Program-made: the position numbers and the translations under genes
IMG/VR virus record: IMGVR_UViG_3300034072_002211
Location: 62,001 to 126,000 of that record
DNA length: 64,000 bases
Strand: one strand, 5' to 3'
Notes under the pieces: generated by a model
The model's database searches: none
The model's input: only the letters and a program-made list of their open reading frames with translations
What the model was told of the DNA's origin: nothing
Shown here: one piece after another, positions 1 to 9,532 of the stretch
How positions within the stretch are numbered: the first letter of the stretch is position 1
Layout: each line of letters begins with the position of its first letter

Positions 1-1655
1 AACACAGTCTCCTTGAACTGCATTGCCTTACGCTGCGAATACCACTTGCTCAGCAGACCAGGGATAACAGCTTCCACATCAGTGCGGAAGATGGTTCCAT
101 TTGCTGTGATGCAATAGGGATTGCCCTGGAGGAAGATGTATTCGTAGAGCTGCTCGCCCGTGACTTCGATGGAAGAACCTTCCTCAAAATCAACGATCAT
201 CTTCTCCTGCGACTTGGTGATCACCAAGTCATATTCGAGAGTTGCGAAGAGACCTTCCCAACATTCTGGACCAGGAATGCCCTGCGCCAAGCGGCTGTCG
301 ATGAGCGCATTTGTGCGGTCAAGACGGATCTGACCAATGAGCGTCTCAGGACCCATGTTGAGGGCGCGCAGAGCCGACGGATACAGGGAGTTAATGTCGC
401 AGCACGCGATTTCCCTGTGGATACCAATCTTTGGCTTCGCAACGTAAGCACCAACAACCGGTCGCTTTCCGTCCGACTTGAATGGACGTGGGCCGTCATC
501 TTCTTCGTTCCAATCGTCATCTTCGTCCATGTCGACTTCCCAGTCTGGACGCTTGCGATTTGGAACGCACATTCCGCGCGAGTGCGCTTCGTTGATGATC
601 GACTGCTCAATCAGTGCCACCGAGCCCATGGTCGTTGGCAGCAACACGGTATTCGTGTGAGCAATCTGGTTGGCCAGTTCGATGAAACGCTTCTTCTGGT
701 CAATCTTGTAGAGCAGCGCGGTGTCCTGGCGGTTGTATTCCAGGAACAGCTTGAAGTCCCTCTTGTAGAGGTTGTCCAGAGTGCCACTATAGGCGACCTT
801 GTTCTCACCAACTTCAATCTCACCAACATAGTCAAGTCGGTAGCTGTGAAGTTCCTGAGGGTTATGCTTCCTGTAGAGCTCTAGGTAGTCCAAGTGGATA
901 CGACCAACTAGCTCGTAAGTTTCCTGTTCTTTCTTGAACTGGACAAACTTCTTCTTCTTGGGACGCTGGTTCCAGAGGCACATCCTCTTGGTGTAGTCCT
1001 TACCCATGATCCGCTCGATGCGGTTCACGATGTAGGGAATATCGAAGCCCTTTGAGTTCCAGCCCGAGAGAACGTCACAGTCCTCAATCAAGTCCAGGAA
1101 CATGGTGAGCAGCTGAGTCTCATCATTACACAGGAAGGTGTTGGGCAGCTCGTTACAGATCTTGTCTGCCATTTCCCACGTGAGATGGTCCTTGTCGACC
1201 ACTGGCAAGTTGGGCTTGAGGCAGAGGGTGATCAGTTCATTGTCGTGGCTGCGGTGAACAGAGACCGCCGTGATCGCGCTGAAGGGATCATCGGGTCGCG
1301 CAAAGCCGCGCTGAGGGTCAAAGTCCACCTCAATGTCGAAGAAGCCAATATTCAGAACTGGCGACTCAACATCTTTGTAATTCTCTTCGAGACAGCGGAA
1401 GATCGGATTCACATCCGATTCAAAAATCCTGCGCCCGCTCTGAAGCTTGAGCTCCTGCTGGAACTTCTTCTTGGACGTAAAGGTGCTCTTGGACACGGGG
1501 CGACCCCACATATCCTTGTAGCGACCACCGCGAGGATCATCATAGTAGAAGGAATAGGTAGCAGGGATCGTGTTGTAGACCCTCTGCCCATTGATGCGTT
1601 CTACGATGAGAATCTCGTCCGTCTCCTGGTTGTGCATGGCATCAACGTAGGACAT
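1..1655 (-). CDS. Family B DNA polymerase, 5' part; runs off the left window edge and is absent from the ORF track
   Basis: Manual translation from ATG 1655 (SD aaggag): MSYVDAMHNQ... ExoI FFDIEVD, ExoII SGWNSKGFDIPY, ExoIII YNRQDT, polymerase region II GAYV...CDINSLYPS; open to position 1. Confidence 0.95.
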   Translation of the reverse strand, partial: MSYVDAMHNQETDEILIVERINGQRVYNTIPATYSFYYDDPRGGRYKDMWGRPVSKSTFTSKKKFQQELKLQSGRRIFESDVNPIFRCLEENYKDVESPVLNIGFFDIEVDFDPQRGFARPDDPFSAITAVSVHRSHDNELITLCLKPNLPVVDKDHLTWEMADKICNELPNTFLCNDETQLLTMFLDLIEDCDVLSGWNSKGFDIPYIVNRIERIMGKDYTKRMCLWNQRPKKKKFVQFKKEQETYELVGRIHLDYLELYRKHNPQELHSYRLDYVGEIEVGENKVAYSGTLDNLYKRDFKLFLEYNRQDTALLYKIDQKKRFIELANQIAHTNTVLLPTTMGSVALIEQSIINEAHSRGMCVPNRKRPDWEVDMDEDDDWNEEDDGPRPFKSDGKRPVVGAYVAKPKIGIHREIACCDINSLYPSALRALNMGPETLIGQIRLDRTNALIDSRLAQGIPGPECWEGLFATLEYDLVITKSQEKMIVDFEEGSSIEVTGEQLYEYIFLQGNPYCITANGTIFRTDVEAVIPGLLSKWYSQRKAMQFKETV

Positions 1656-1690
1656 CAGATTCTCCTTATCTTATGTTCTTGGGTGCGTAT

Positions 1691-1978
1691 TTACCTTAGC
1701 ACCAGGACGGTTAACCCTACAATATTCAGGATGGTATTGAAGCCCATAAGGACAAACATCCAGGATGCTTTCCTCATATAGGCACCAATCATGATCATCG
1801 CTGATCCAACGAGCCAGATGGAGTAGCAGAGAATCATGGGCGGCACGTTGGCCCAGATGCTCAAGATGGTCGTTGAAGTCACACTCAGAAGGGTGCCTAG
1901 GAATTCAAACCAGAACATTGTCCGGTTGTTCTCCCAGTCGTGCTTCCAGTGATTCCAAACGTCACGTAGAATATTCAT
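1691..1978 (-). CDS. Small membrane protein, about 3 TM helices
   Basis: 95 aa, hydrophobic, co-oriented upstream of polB. Confidence 0.75.
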   Translation of the reverse strand: MNILRDVWNHWKHDWENNRTMFWFEFLGTLLSVTSTTILSIWANVPPMILCYSIWLVGSAMIMIGAYMRKASWMFVLMGFNTILNIVGLTVLVLR

Positions 1979-1994
1979 GAAGCACTCACAGGTA

Positions 1995-2018
1995 TGGGGA
2001 GGGACGAATCCCTCCCCA
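1995..2018 (-). terminator. 10-bp GC-rich hairpin with UUCG loop (terminator or processing/stability hairpin)
   Basis: tggggaggga-cgaa-tccctcccca; no clear U-tract. Confidence 0.55.
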
Positions 2019-2025
2019 CCGGGAA

Positions 2026-2280
2026 TTAGGCGCGACCAACGGCAGCGAGGATTTCCTCAACTTCGTTGACAGCTTCCTTGTCGGCTTCCAGCGAGGCCTT
2101 GTGAGCGGCGCGGATTGCCTTGTTGATAGCAGCTGGCTTGAGGTTCAGTTCCTCGGCAACTGCCTTCACAACGTCACGGAACGAGCCCTTGAGGTCTTCG
2201 ACTTCCTGGGTGATCTTCAGACCCTCGTCGATGACGCGCTTGAGCTTCTTGGCGTCTTCTGCGGTAAGCGTGGTGCTCAT
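2026..2280 (-). CDS. Small dsDNA-binding protein, T4 DsbA / GapR (DUF2312)-like
   Basis: 84 aa from MSTT (SD ggag): KLKRVIDEGLKITQEVEDLKGSFRDVVKAVAEELNLKPAAINKAIR fits the family's helical pattern. Confidence 0.7.
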   Translation of the reverse strand: MSTTLTAEDAKKLKRVIDEGLKITQEVEDLKGSFRDVVKAVAEELNLKPAAINKAIRAAHKASLEADKEAVNEVEEILAAVGRA

Positions 2281-2351
2281 TTTGTTCTCCATGGTGAGCG
2301 TTTTGTTATGCTCACCATAGCGAACCAGGTTTCCCGCAGTCTATATTCTGG

Positions 2352-3113
2352 TTACTTCCAACGCTTGCTAACTTTGATCTGTCGAGCAGCAGGGTCTGTA
2401 AGGGGCTGCAGGTCGTCAGCTCGCACCTCACGATCCTTGCGTAGTGCGCTAAAGCTCATGGCACGCTCTACCCTCTCAGGGGCTGGCAGACCCGTTTCCT
2501 TGGCGTCTTTCTTGGCCTTCTTGTGCTCAGCGTCGGCCTTGGCAGTCTCAACGTCGTAATCCTCGTCCAATTCCTGACCACCACCGTTGACCAACACAGT
2601 CATCTTCTTGGAGCCAATGAAGTCTAGAACCTTCTGGTAATCCTCGAGATTGTCAAACTCAATCACAGCCACAGTGCGCTGATCGGCCGCAATGAAATCC
2701 CAACGACGGTCCAGAGCTTCTTTGGCCTTTGCGACATCAGTCGCGTTGTCAAAGACCAGAGCACCATTCTTGCGAGTATTCCAAGCGATACCCTTATACA
2801 TCAGAACACCAACTGCGGTCTCTAGATCTTCTGGGCTGTGGAAAACAATAGTGTTGGGTTCAACGTCGCTTGTCTCTTCCTCATCACCCAGACCGTCCAT
2901 GACGTCGTCCATGTCGACTTCGTCCTCAACGACTGGCTTGGGTTTGGGAGCCTTCTTGGCACGGACAGTGAGCTCAGCGGCTTCAGTCTTGTCCAGTTCC
3001 ATTTCGGTCACGACTTCGTGGATCGCTTCGTCGAGATCAACACCCTTGATGGTGCGCTCTGCGACACGAAACGATGCCTCAGCGAGCATGGTCTCGAAAA
3101 TCAGTTTGTTCAT
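2352..3113 (-). CDS. Acidic hypothetical protein, candidate late/internal head protein
   Basis: 253 aa, SD ggagg, TAAATA at 3138-3143 upstream, N-terminus MNKLIFETMLAE. Confidence 0.75.
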   Translation of the reverse strand: MNKLIFETMLAEASFRVAERTIKGVDLDEAIHEVVTEMELDKTEAAELTVRAKKAPKPKPVVEDEVDMDDVMDGLGDEEETSDVEPNTIVFHSPEDLETAVGVLMYKGIAWNTRKNGALVFDNATDVAKAKEALDRRWDFIAADQRTVAVIEFDNLEDYQKVLDFIGSKKMTVLVNGGGQELDEDYDVETAKADAEHKKAKKDAKETGLPAPERVERAMSFSALRKDREVRADDLQPLTDPAARQIKVSKRWK

Positions 3114-3140
3114 GGGTTACCTCCTATGGGTTTCCCATAT

Positions 3141-3395
3141 TTACCGTGAGAGTGGAATGCGTCCAGCCCAGGAAAGCTTGAAGAACATGGCATCTCGCCC
3201 ATTGGCGAACCAGACACCCTTCTCCCAAGGGTTACAGTCACCCTTGACATATTCTTTGATCCAAGGGTCCAGGTGTTCGTCCCAATAGTCAGCGAGGAAA
3301 TCTTCCTGCTCTCTGGTCATCTTGCGACGTTCTGGGAGACCTAGATCTTCCCAAAAGATTGTGATGCTAGGAAGGGTGACTTCGAGGATTTCCAT
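3141..3395 (-). CDS. Small hypothetical, FKLxW paralog family
   Basis: C-terminal VWFANGRDAMFFKLSW; TAATG coupling. Confidence 0.8.
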   Translation of the reverse strand: MEILEVTLPSITIFWEDLGLPERRKMTREQEDFLADYWDEHLDPWIKEYVKGDCNPWEKGVWFANGRDAMFFKLSWAGRIPLSR

Positions 3396-3880
3396 TAGCC
3401 CCAGGCCAGCTTGAACATGGCCGCGTCGCCTTTACGGAGGAAGCGATACTTGTAGGGGTTGATTCTAGCCCAGCGACTCTTGGTGCAACCCTCTACCCAC
3501 GCGAAAATCTCTTTCTGCATCGCGTAGCTACACTCGCCCTGCGCCTCGCGCTCGGCGATCTTGTCCTGATTGACCTTGATATCATGACCAAAGAATGGCT
3601 GCCACCAATTCAGGGGACTGCCGTATTTCATGAACATCGCGAGGGCCGAACTCGACGTCGCAATAAACCCAGGCACCAACATGCCGAGATTTGGTCCATC
3701 GCCAATCAGAAACAAAGCCGGTGAAATGCTGATCAGTAACAGGATGACCAGCAAAAGTGCCAGACTTCCTGGTCCCGTGTTAAGCAGCCAGCGTAGGGGC
3801 TTCCACGAAGGTCCCAAGCGATCGAGCTCGCTCGTAGAGTTGTCGTGACGCAATCTGCTTTCCCTTCGCCTCAACCTCAA
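3395..3880 (-). CDS. Membrane-anchored FKLxW-family protein (start uncertain)
   Basis: Two hydrophobic segments, then YRFLRKGDAAMFKLAWG; 5' end overlaps the uvsE 3' end. Confidence 0.7.
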   Translation of the reverse strand: MRLRRRESRLRHDNSTSELDRLGPSWKPLRWLLNTGPGSLALLLVILLLISISPALFLIGDGPNLGMLVPGFIATSSSALAMFMKYGSPLNWWQPFFGHDIKVNQDKIAEREAQGECSYAMQKEIFAWVEGCTKSRWARINPYKYRFLRKGDAAMFKLAWG

Positions 3881-4838
3881 GATCGGTCCAGACCAAGTGG
3901 CTCAACGCCCAGTCATTGCTGCCTTGATTCCAGCAGCCATATGAATGCGCGCGAAGCTTGCTTGGCTTGTGACCTGCTTCGCTGAGCAGCTTAAAGTCAG
4001 GTTGGCCAACAGAGCAAGCCCCTTTCAGAAGCTCTTCCGATGAAGTGGAGAAATGCCCAAGGGGACGAACGCCCATCCAGCTGAGCTTGATCCAGTCGAT
4101 GCGAGGATCGTTGGGCTGAATATACTCACCCCCGCTCTCAACCCAATGGTGGTGAATGTCCAGCACAATGGGAACCACGTGATAGAGCTGGGCTGCGATC
4201 ATCTCGTCCAAGGAGCAGCCAAACTCGTCATTCTCAATGGTCAAGAGATTGCGAAGCGTGAGGCTCAGTTTGTTCTTGATCGTGTCCTTGAGCTGAACCA
4301 AGCCAGGATCGAGATTGTTGTTTGCGTGGATATTGATCGCAAACCCACCGGAATGCCAGCTCTCTCCATAACCCATGGACTCAGCCACATAGGCGTGATA
4401 GTTGAGATCCACGATGCTATTGGCGAGCACTTCGGGCTTCTGAGTGCAGAGCGTCGTGAACTGGCCGGGATGAGTGCAGAGCCTGATGCCATTTGTGTCC
4501 GCAAATGCCCTCACAGGGGCCAGACCGCCCTCGATTAGCTTGCGGGTGTCCAGGTCGCGATAAACCCACGCGAAGTCCTCTACGGTGTATGCGGGGAGGA
4601 AATCGCTGGTGATGCGGAACAGTCGCATCTCTCTGGGCTGCTCTGAGATCCACTTGAGCTGCCGCATGAGCGTTTCGATGTTGTGTTGGACCAGACCATA
4701 GAGCTTGGCATACTGGTCATCGCGCTTCATCTTGCGGAGCGCGGTCAGCGTCGTGGACGCTTGGTTCATGGACTTTGCGAGGGTCTTGTCAGACGTCTCG
4801 AACTTACAACAGAAGCCTACGCGGGGTGTGTCACTCAT
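3780..4838 (-). CDS. uvsE: UV-damage endonuclease
   Basis: GFCCK, RLFRITSDFLP, RLCTHPGQF, LTIENDE, VLDIHHHW motifs; sigma70-like TTGCTT-N17-TATATA at 4872-4844. Confidence 0.92.
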   Translation of the reverse strand: MSDTPRVGFCCKFETSDKTLAKSMNQASTTLTALRKMKRDDQYAKLYGLVQHNIETLMRQLKWISEQPREMRLFRITSDFLPAYTVEDFAWVYRDLDTRKLIEGGLAPVRAFADTNGIRLCTHPGQFTTLCTQKPEVLANSIVDLNYHAYVAESMGYGESWHSGGFAINIHANNNLDPGLVQLKDTIKNKLSLTLRNLLTIENDEFGCSLDEMIAAQLYHVVPIVLDIHHHWVESGGEYIQPNDPRIDWIKLSWMGVRPLGHFSTSSEELLKGACSVGQPDFKLLSEAGHKPSKLRAHSYGCWNQGSNDWALSHLVWTDLEVEAKGKQIASRQLYERARSLGTFVEAPTLAA

Positions 4839-4876
4839 ACCACTATATAGTGCTCGACCCTGCGAAAAGCAACGTG

Positions 4877-5026
4877 TTAGGGGAGATTTCCGCCACCAGC
4901 AAGGCCAGCGATGAACAACAGAATGATGTTGATCACTGGCCCCACTATCGACTCCTGATCGCGCACCTTGGTAATGATGTCAACGATCTGGAATGCGAAG
5001 AGAACGGCCAGGGCAATCCAGAACAT
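4877..5026 (-). CDS. 49-aa two-TM membrane peptide (not in ORF track)
   Basis: TAATG-coupled: MFWIALAVLFAFQIVDIITKVRDQESIVGPVINIILLFIAGLAGGGNLP. Confidence 0.65.
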   Translation of the reverse strand: MFWIALAVLFAFQIVDIITKVRDQESIVGPVINIILLFIAGLAGGGNLP

Positions 5027-5430
5027 TACCACCGGGCGACTACCTGAATGTCGACGATCTCGCCGAACTCAGTGGTCACCTTGCCGACCATGTGCTTGCG
5101 GTTGTCCATCCAGAAGTCGTTTTCATACTCCCGGACTTCGCGGTTGGTACCGCCGAGGGAATTGCCCTCGTCATCGTGCGTGGGCCGATGGGTGGAAATA
5201 CGGGTCCAGTTCGTGGGATCCAGCAGCGCGGGCCAGTAAGTCGTGGTCATCTCACCCGACTGTTCCTTGCTGACGATATTGAACTGATTGCGGACGATCT
5301 CCGGCTCGGTCTGGATCTTGTCGATCAGCGCCTGGAGGCAATCCGAGGACGAGAATCGCTTCTCGCCCGGATCACGGAACGCAGGGGTCAGTCCGATGCC
5401 TGCGATGGGATTGAATCCGCCGTTGCTCAT
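5026..5430 (-). CDS. Hypothetical protein
   Basis: TAATG overlap with the ligase stop gives start MSNGG at 5430. Confidence 0.75.
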   Translation of the reverse strand: MSNGGFNPIAGIGLTPAFRDPGEKRFSSSDCLQALIDKIQTEPEIVRNQFNIVSKEQSGEMTTTYWPALLDPTNWTRISTHRPTHDDEGNSLGGTNREVREYENDFWMDNRKHMVGKVTTEFGEIVDIQVVARW

Positions 5431-7400
5431 TAGCCCCACAACTCCTTTGCCTTGGTGATCGAGATCACGTTGTCTTCACCGATGAGCTGCCGGGCCTTGA
5501 CCAGCTTGCTCGAATTGCCCGTGGGATCCTTGGCCACGAGGTAAGTCGTGTCCTTGTTGACCGAGGAGCCGATGCGACCCGAGCGGGCCTCAATCTTAGC
5601 TTCCAGATCCTTGTCGCGGATGCCCGTGAATACCACCGTGACGCCCTCGAGGTCGCCGCCGGTGACCTTCTCCTTGGGAGCCACCAGCGTGTAGTGGCCG
5701 TCGATGGCCTTGAGGAAGTCGAGGAACTTGGGCAGGTTGTCCACGATCGTCTGCGCGGTCTTGCGCTCGAAGCCCTCAAGGGCTGCGATTTCCTGGACCG
5801 TGATCGTGCCCTCGAGGATGCGCTCGTTGGGGAACGCATCGCAGACCTTGGTCATCTTGCGCCGACCGATACCGCGGCCGAGCAGCGAGGTTGCGCCAGC
5901 GAGGATGCCGAGTTCCACGTTGCCCAGCTTGAGCTTCAGACCGTTGTAGATCTTCGTGCCCGCGCTGTCGCCGGCTGCGGCCTTCAGCGTCGCTTCGTCT
6001 GCGAGGATGATGTCCACCGGCGTCTTCAGGCCCGCATCATAGAGCTTCTCGATGCTGCCCTCGCGCAGGTGAGGAACGTCCAGGCCGGTCACGCCGAAGA
6101 TTGCGTTGATGACCTCGAGCTGAACCTGACGGTTGTTCTCGGGGTTCAGCATGACGAGGTCCACGTCGCCCTCGGTCCAGCCCATCAGGCCGAACTCAGT
6201 AACGTCCGGCATCTGCGCGCCCAGGGGAGCAATCTCGACCACCTTCTGGATGAAGGGGATCACGTCGCCCGAGCGGGTGATCTGGATCTTGGCGCCCGGC
6301 CCGATGATGTTGTCCCGGATGAACTTGGCGTTGAAGCCAGTGGCGTAGGTGATGGTCACGCCGACGAGGTCCACGGGGTCGATTTCCACGCGGGGCTTGA
6401 GGTAGCCGGCCTTGCTGGGGTTCCAGTGGACCTTCTTCACGGTCGCGATGGCCACGTTGTCCGCGCCGCCGACCTTGAACTTGCGCGAATACATAGGGTT
6501 GATGCTGCTGGAGTTGCGGCGCAGCGCAGCGCGCAGGTCAGCATTGTCGAGGTCGATAACGATGCCGTCGAGTGGGGTCGGGCTCTCCTTACGGCGCTTG
6601 TTCAGCAGCGCAGTCAGGAAATCGTCGGTCAATTGGTGGCCCTTGACCACCACGTAGGGAGTGACCTCATAGCCCATGTCCTCGAGCAGCTTGAATTGCT
6701 CTTGCTTGCCCATCTTGGGATCGACGATACTGGTCGCGACCAGCTTGACCGTGTTGTAGAAGAGGTCCGGTGACTCGCTGGCGTTCATGCGACCCGCAAC
6801 ATAGTTGCGCGAGTTCTTGTAGACGCGACCACCCTCGGCCTCTGCCTGGGCCTTCTGCGCCTGGAAGACAGCCTCTTCCATGATGACCTCGAGACGCACG
6901 GCCACGTTGCCCTTGGCGGTCGTCGGGCAACACTTGATCCGGCTCATATGCCGCGTGATGTCTGCGCCCTGGAAGCCGTTGCCGCGCGAATATGCGATCT
7001 TCAGCTTTCCGGCGGCGTGGACGTTGAGTGCGCTGGTGCCGTCCTGCTTGTCCGAGATCACGAAGTCCTCGTTCTCCCAGCCGTTCTTGCGGACCCACTC
7101 GATGGTCTCACCCTCGTAGCACTGGTCCAGGGAGCCCATGGGGTAGGGCAAGTCGATCTTGCCGCCGCGCACGTCGCTGCCGACCGTCGAGAGGAAAAGG
7201 TTCTTGGGATCGATGCTCTTCAGCATCTTCTCGAGCTCATCATACTGAGCGTCCGAGAGGAAGCTTTCGCCGTCGCCGTTGTGATACTGGTCCGATGCCT
7301 CGGTCAGGATGTGGACGAGCACCTCGGGGGTGGGTTCGGTTTCCCCACTGAGAATCTGCTGGGATGCTTCGACCGCATCGAAAAGCTGAACCGTTGTCAT
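5430..7400 (-). CDS. ligA: NAD-dependent DNA ligase
   Basis: Domain Ia YHNGD..SDAQYD, adenylation KQDG, RNYVAG, DGIVI, OB fold TGFNA..RSGDVIP, HhH repeats, C-terminal BRCT VVFTG. Confidence 0.95.
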   Translation of the reverse strand: MTTVQLFDAVEASQQILSGETEPTPEVLVHILTEASDQYHNGDGESFLSDAQYDELEKMLKSIDPKNLFLSTVGSDVRGGKIDLPYPMGSLDQCYEGETIEWVRKNGWENEDFVISDKQDGTSALNVHAAGKLKIAYSRGNGFQGADITRHMSRIKCCPTTAKGNVAVRLEVIMEEAVFQAQKAQAEAEGGRVYKNSRNYVAGRMNASESPDLFYNTVKLVATSIVDPKMGKQEQFKLLEDMGYEVTPYVVVKGHQLTDDFLTALLNKRRKESPTPLDGIVIDLDNADLRAALRRNSSSINPMYSRKFKVGGADNVAIATVKKVHWNPSKAGYLKPRVEIDPVDLVGVTITYATGFNAKFIRDNIIGPGAKIQITRSGDVIPFIQKVVEIAPLGAQMPDVTEFGLMGWTEGDVDLVMLNPENNRQVQLEVINAIFGVTGLDVPHLREGSIEKLYDAGLKTPVDIILADEATLKAAAGDSAGTKIYNGLKLKLGNVELGILAGATSLLGRGIGRRKMTKVCDAFPNERILEGTITVQEIAALEGFERKTAQTIVDNLPKFLDFLKAIDGHYTLVAPKEKVTGGDLEGVTVVFTGIRDKDLEAKIEARSGRIGSSVNKDTTYLVAKDPTGNSSKLVKARQLIGEDNVISITKAKELWG

Positions 7401-7442
7401 CTGGACTCCTTGTGTTTCGATCTACCTTCGATCTAACACAGG

Positions 7443-7844
7443 CTACTCAGAAGTCAAGCGGATAAGCTCTTTCTGGATCGTCTCCATTGGAAGGTGCTTG
7501 GCAAGCGATTTCAAGAGGATCCTGCGATACCAGAAGTTCCACTCCTTGGCATCAGCACGCAAAGCGGCTTCTTCTACAGCCGCTTGAGCTTCTGCGCCCA
7601 CTAGGTCTCCATGAGCTAGTTTCATAGCCAGATCGTAGAACTCATTGAACGTGAGAGTGCCGGGTTCTTCATCCTCTTCATCGAGCGCGGGAACGCGAGG
7701 CAGACCAAAGTTATAGTCTGCTGAAGTGCTCAAGCTAAGTCCAATCCAGAAATGTTCAACATCCTGGTCCCAAGCTTGTTCAATGATGGATCGGTGATCG
7801 CCTTGAGGATTCATGAGGGAGAGGACGATGTCAATGGGTTTCAT
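7443..7844 (-). CDS. Stand-alone N-terminal (DNA-binding) domain resembling phage ATP-dependent DNA ligases
   Basis: TFNEFYDLAMKL...GAEAQAAV...EWNFWYRRILLKSL resembles the N-domain of T4-like ATP ligases; no KxDG adenylation domain follows. Confidence 0.65.
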   Translation of the reverse strand: MKPIDIVLSLMNPQGDHRSIIEQAWDQDVEHFWIGLSLSTSADYNFGLPRVPALDEEDEEPGTLTFNEFYDLAMKLAHGDLVGAEAQAAVEEAALRADAKEWNFWYRRILLKSLAKHLPMETIQKELIRLTSE

Positions 7845-7851
7845 CGTCCCC

Positions 7852-8460
7852 TCACTTCTTCTTAGTGAGCCACTTGTTCAATTCGTCGCGAGCGACTACC
7901 ACGTAGCCCTGCTCTGCGAGCATATTCATGAATAGGTGTGGCAATTCGTAATCAACTCTGCGATATTGTTCTGGTAGATCTTCCCAGGGGCGCATAAGTG
8001 GATGTTGCTTACTCGATTCGTTAACACTTAGACCAAATGACCAACCGGACTTGGCACGTGCCTCATACCAGCGTTGGTGTTGGTGCTTTGCCAGCGTTTC
8101 ACAAAGGTTGTTGTAATCGTCCTCTTCCATTACAACTGCGTCAGCCGGCCCATGACGCGCGGATAACACTTCTTCAGAACTTGTTTCAATTTCGCCCTCG
8201 GGGTATGCTTCTTCAATAACCTCCGCTTCCTTCGCAGTAAGGTCGCGGGTCAGAGGAACTTCATAATAGTGGGTACCAGCTTTGGTCTCTTTGTGGACCA
8301 TGAAGACCACATCTGGGTCACCTTGAGGATTTGTTGTCTGCACGCTGCTCAGCACGCCGCTGGGCAGGTTGTTCTTTACACAATGATACCACGCGATCGC
8401 CTCTTCCTTGGAAAGAGGCGAGCTCGTCTTTAGTCGGATGAAGAGAGGAATCTCTGTCAT
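7852..8460 (-). CDS. RyR-domain protein
   Basis: LAKHQHQRWYEARAKSGWSFG...HPLMRPWEDLPEQYRRVD; ATAAGTA at 8466-8472 upstream. Confidence 0.85.
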   Translation of the reverse strand: MTEIPLFIRLKTSSPLSKEEAIAWYHCVKNNLPSGVLSSVQTTNPQGDPDVVFMVHKETKAGTHYYEVPLTRDLTAKEAEVIEEAYPEGEIETSSEEVLSARHGPADAVVMEEDDYNNLCETLAKHQHQRWYEARAKSGWSFGLSVNESSKQHPLMRPWEDLPEQYRRVDYELPHLFMNMLAEQGYVVVARDELNKWLTKKK

Positions 8461-8461
8461 G

Positions 8462-8992
8462 TTAATACTTATCTGGCTCCACAGCTGGTAGATCAGGATT
8501 ATCTACAGCAGGAGGCGTCTGAACATTGACCTGAGTCACTGGAGTAGGCGCCGGAGTCTGCTGGCTGGGAATGTAATAGGTTGGAACCATTGTTGGCGTA
8601 TAGGGAGAACGCTCGCTTTCACCCTGCTGACGCAGAGCTTCAATCTGTGCGCTACCTCGGGTCCAAGCTGCCACACCCAGGATGGCACCAAATGCCACGT
8701 GGAAGAGACCGCTACCCTGCATAGTCAGTGGCTGCCAAGGCGTCTTGTTCTGGATCATCGCAATAGCAACCTGTGGATCGAGGTCCTTGATTGCTGCGGC
8801 CATCTGAGCCATGTTGGCTCCCTTGAAGCCCATGAACGCAGGAGCGATGATGAAGTCAAAGAGACAGATCATCAGATAAACCACTGCGGCCGCAGGACGC
8901 CAAGTCCTATTCAGCCAACTCTCACCACTGTTCAGAGGATCGAAGGGATCCTTCTTTACCTGCTTCTTTTGTGCCATTAGCCGATCTCCCAT
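8462..8992 (-). CDS. Putative holin-like membrane protein (3-TM holin type); start may be 8977
   Basis: WRPAAAVVYLMICLFDFIIAP and FHVAFGAILGVAAWTR hydrophobic segments; ATAAATA at 9006-9012. Confidence 0.6.
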   Translation of the reverse strand: MGDRLMAQKKQVKKDPFDPLNSGESWLNRTWRPAAAVVYLMICLFDFIIAPAFMGFKGANMAQMAAAIKDLDPQVAIAMIQNKTPWQPLTMQGSGLFHVAFGAILGVAAWTRGSAQIEALRQQGESERSPYTPTMVPTYYIPSQQTPAPTPVTQVNVQTPPAVDNPDLPAVEPDKY

Positions 8993-9022
8993 TGGGGTTA
9001 CCGGCTATTTATGAGAAATCTG

Positions 9023-9532
9023 TTACTCTGGTTTGGTGAATATGCGAGCTTCGCCCCTTGCGTATGGTGTAGTGCTTTCAAACTCCCATGCTTTTCTCCA
9101 CGCAAGACCATTGTCTGAGTATTCTAGACGACCCAATTTTACAGATTGAGTTGAATAGCTATCATTGCGGGCTTTCCAAAGAATCTCATTGATTACGACA
9201 GGTGAGGTGAATTGATAAGAAACCCACCCTGTCACACTTGGATTATAGAAGTTGTCACCGGACCAGAGCGTGTTGTCGTTGTCATCGAAAGCATTTGTGA
9301 TTGGGTATCCTGGAAAAGTCGAGCTGGCAATTGGTGTACCACCTACCGCCATGTTAGGGCCACCAGAGGTCCCACGGAATTCAATTTTAATAGCAGAGTA
9401 TGAGTCGCCACTAGAATTGGTAGTATCAAAGTTTTCAATACAGAAGATTCGCCAATACAAATGAGGCTGGTTAGCCCCAAGCGAGTCAATTGGAGCTCTC
9501 GCCACCATTGCTGAGATAAGCTGATTGAACAT
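9023..9532 (-). CDS. Discoidin/F5-8 type C-like carbohydrate-binding virion protein
   Basis: Start corrected to TAATG-coupled MFNQL; NAFDDNDNTLWSG...GWVSYQFTSPVVINEI...LEYSDNGLAW. Confidence 0.7.
   Translation of the reverse strand: MFNQLISAMVARAPIDSLGANQPHLYWRIFCIENFDTTNSSGDSYSAIKIEFRGTSGGPNMAVGGTPIASSTFPGYPITNAFDDNDNTLWSGDNFYNPSVTGWVSYQFTSPVVINEILWKARNDSYSTQSVKLGRLEYSDNGLAWRKAWEFESTTPYARGEARIFTKPE

Noticed and set aside
1-1655. Intein or intron in polB; acidic insert WEVDMDEDDDWNEEDD
   Set aside because: The frame is continuous with normally spaced motifs and no splice-junction signature; the insert looks like a short loop
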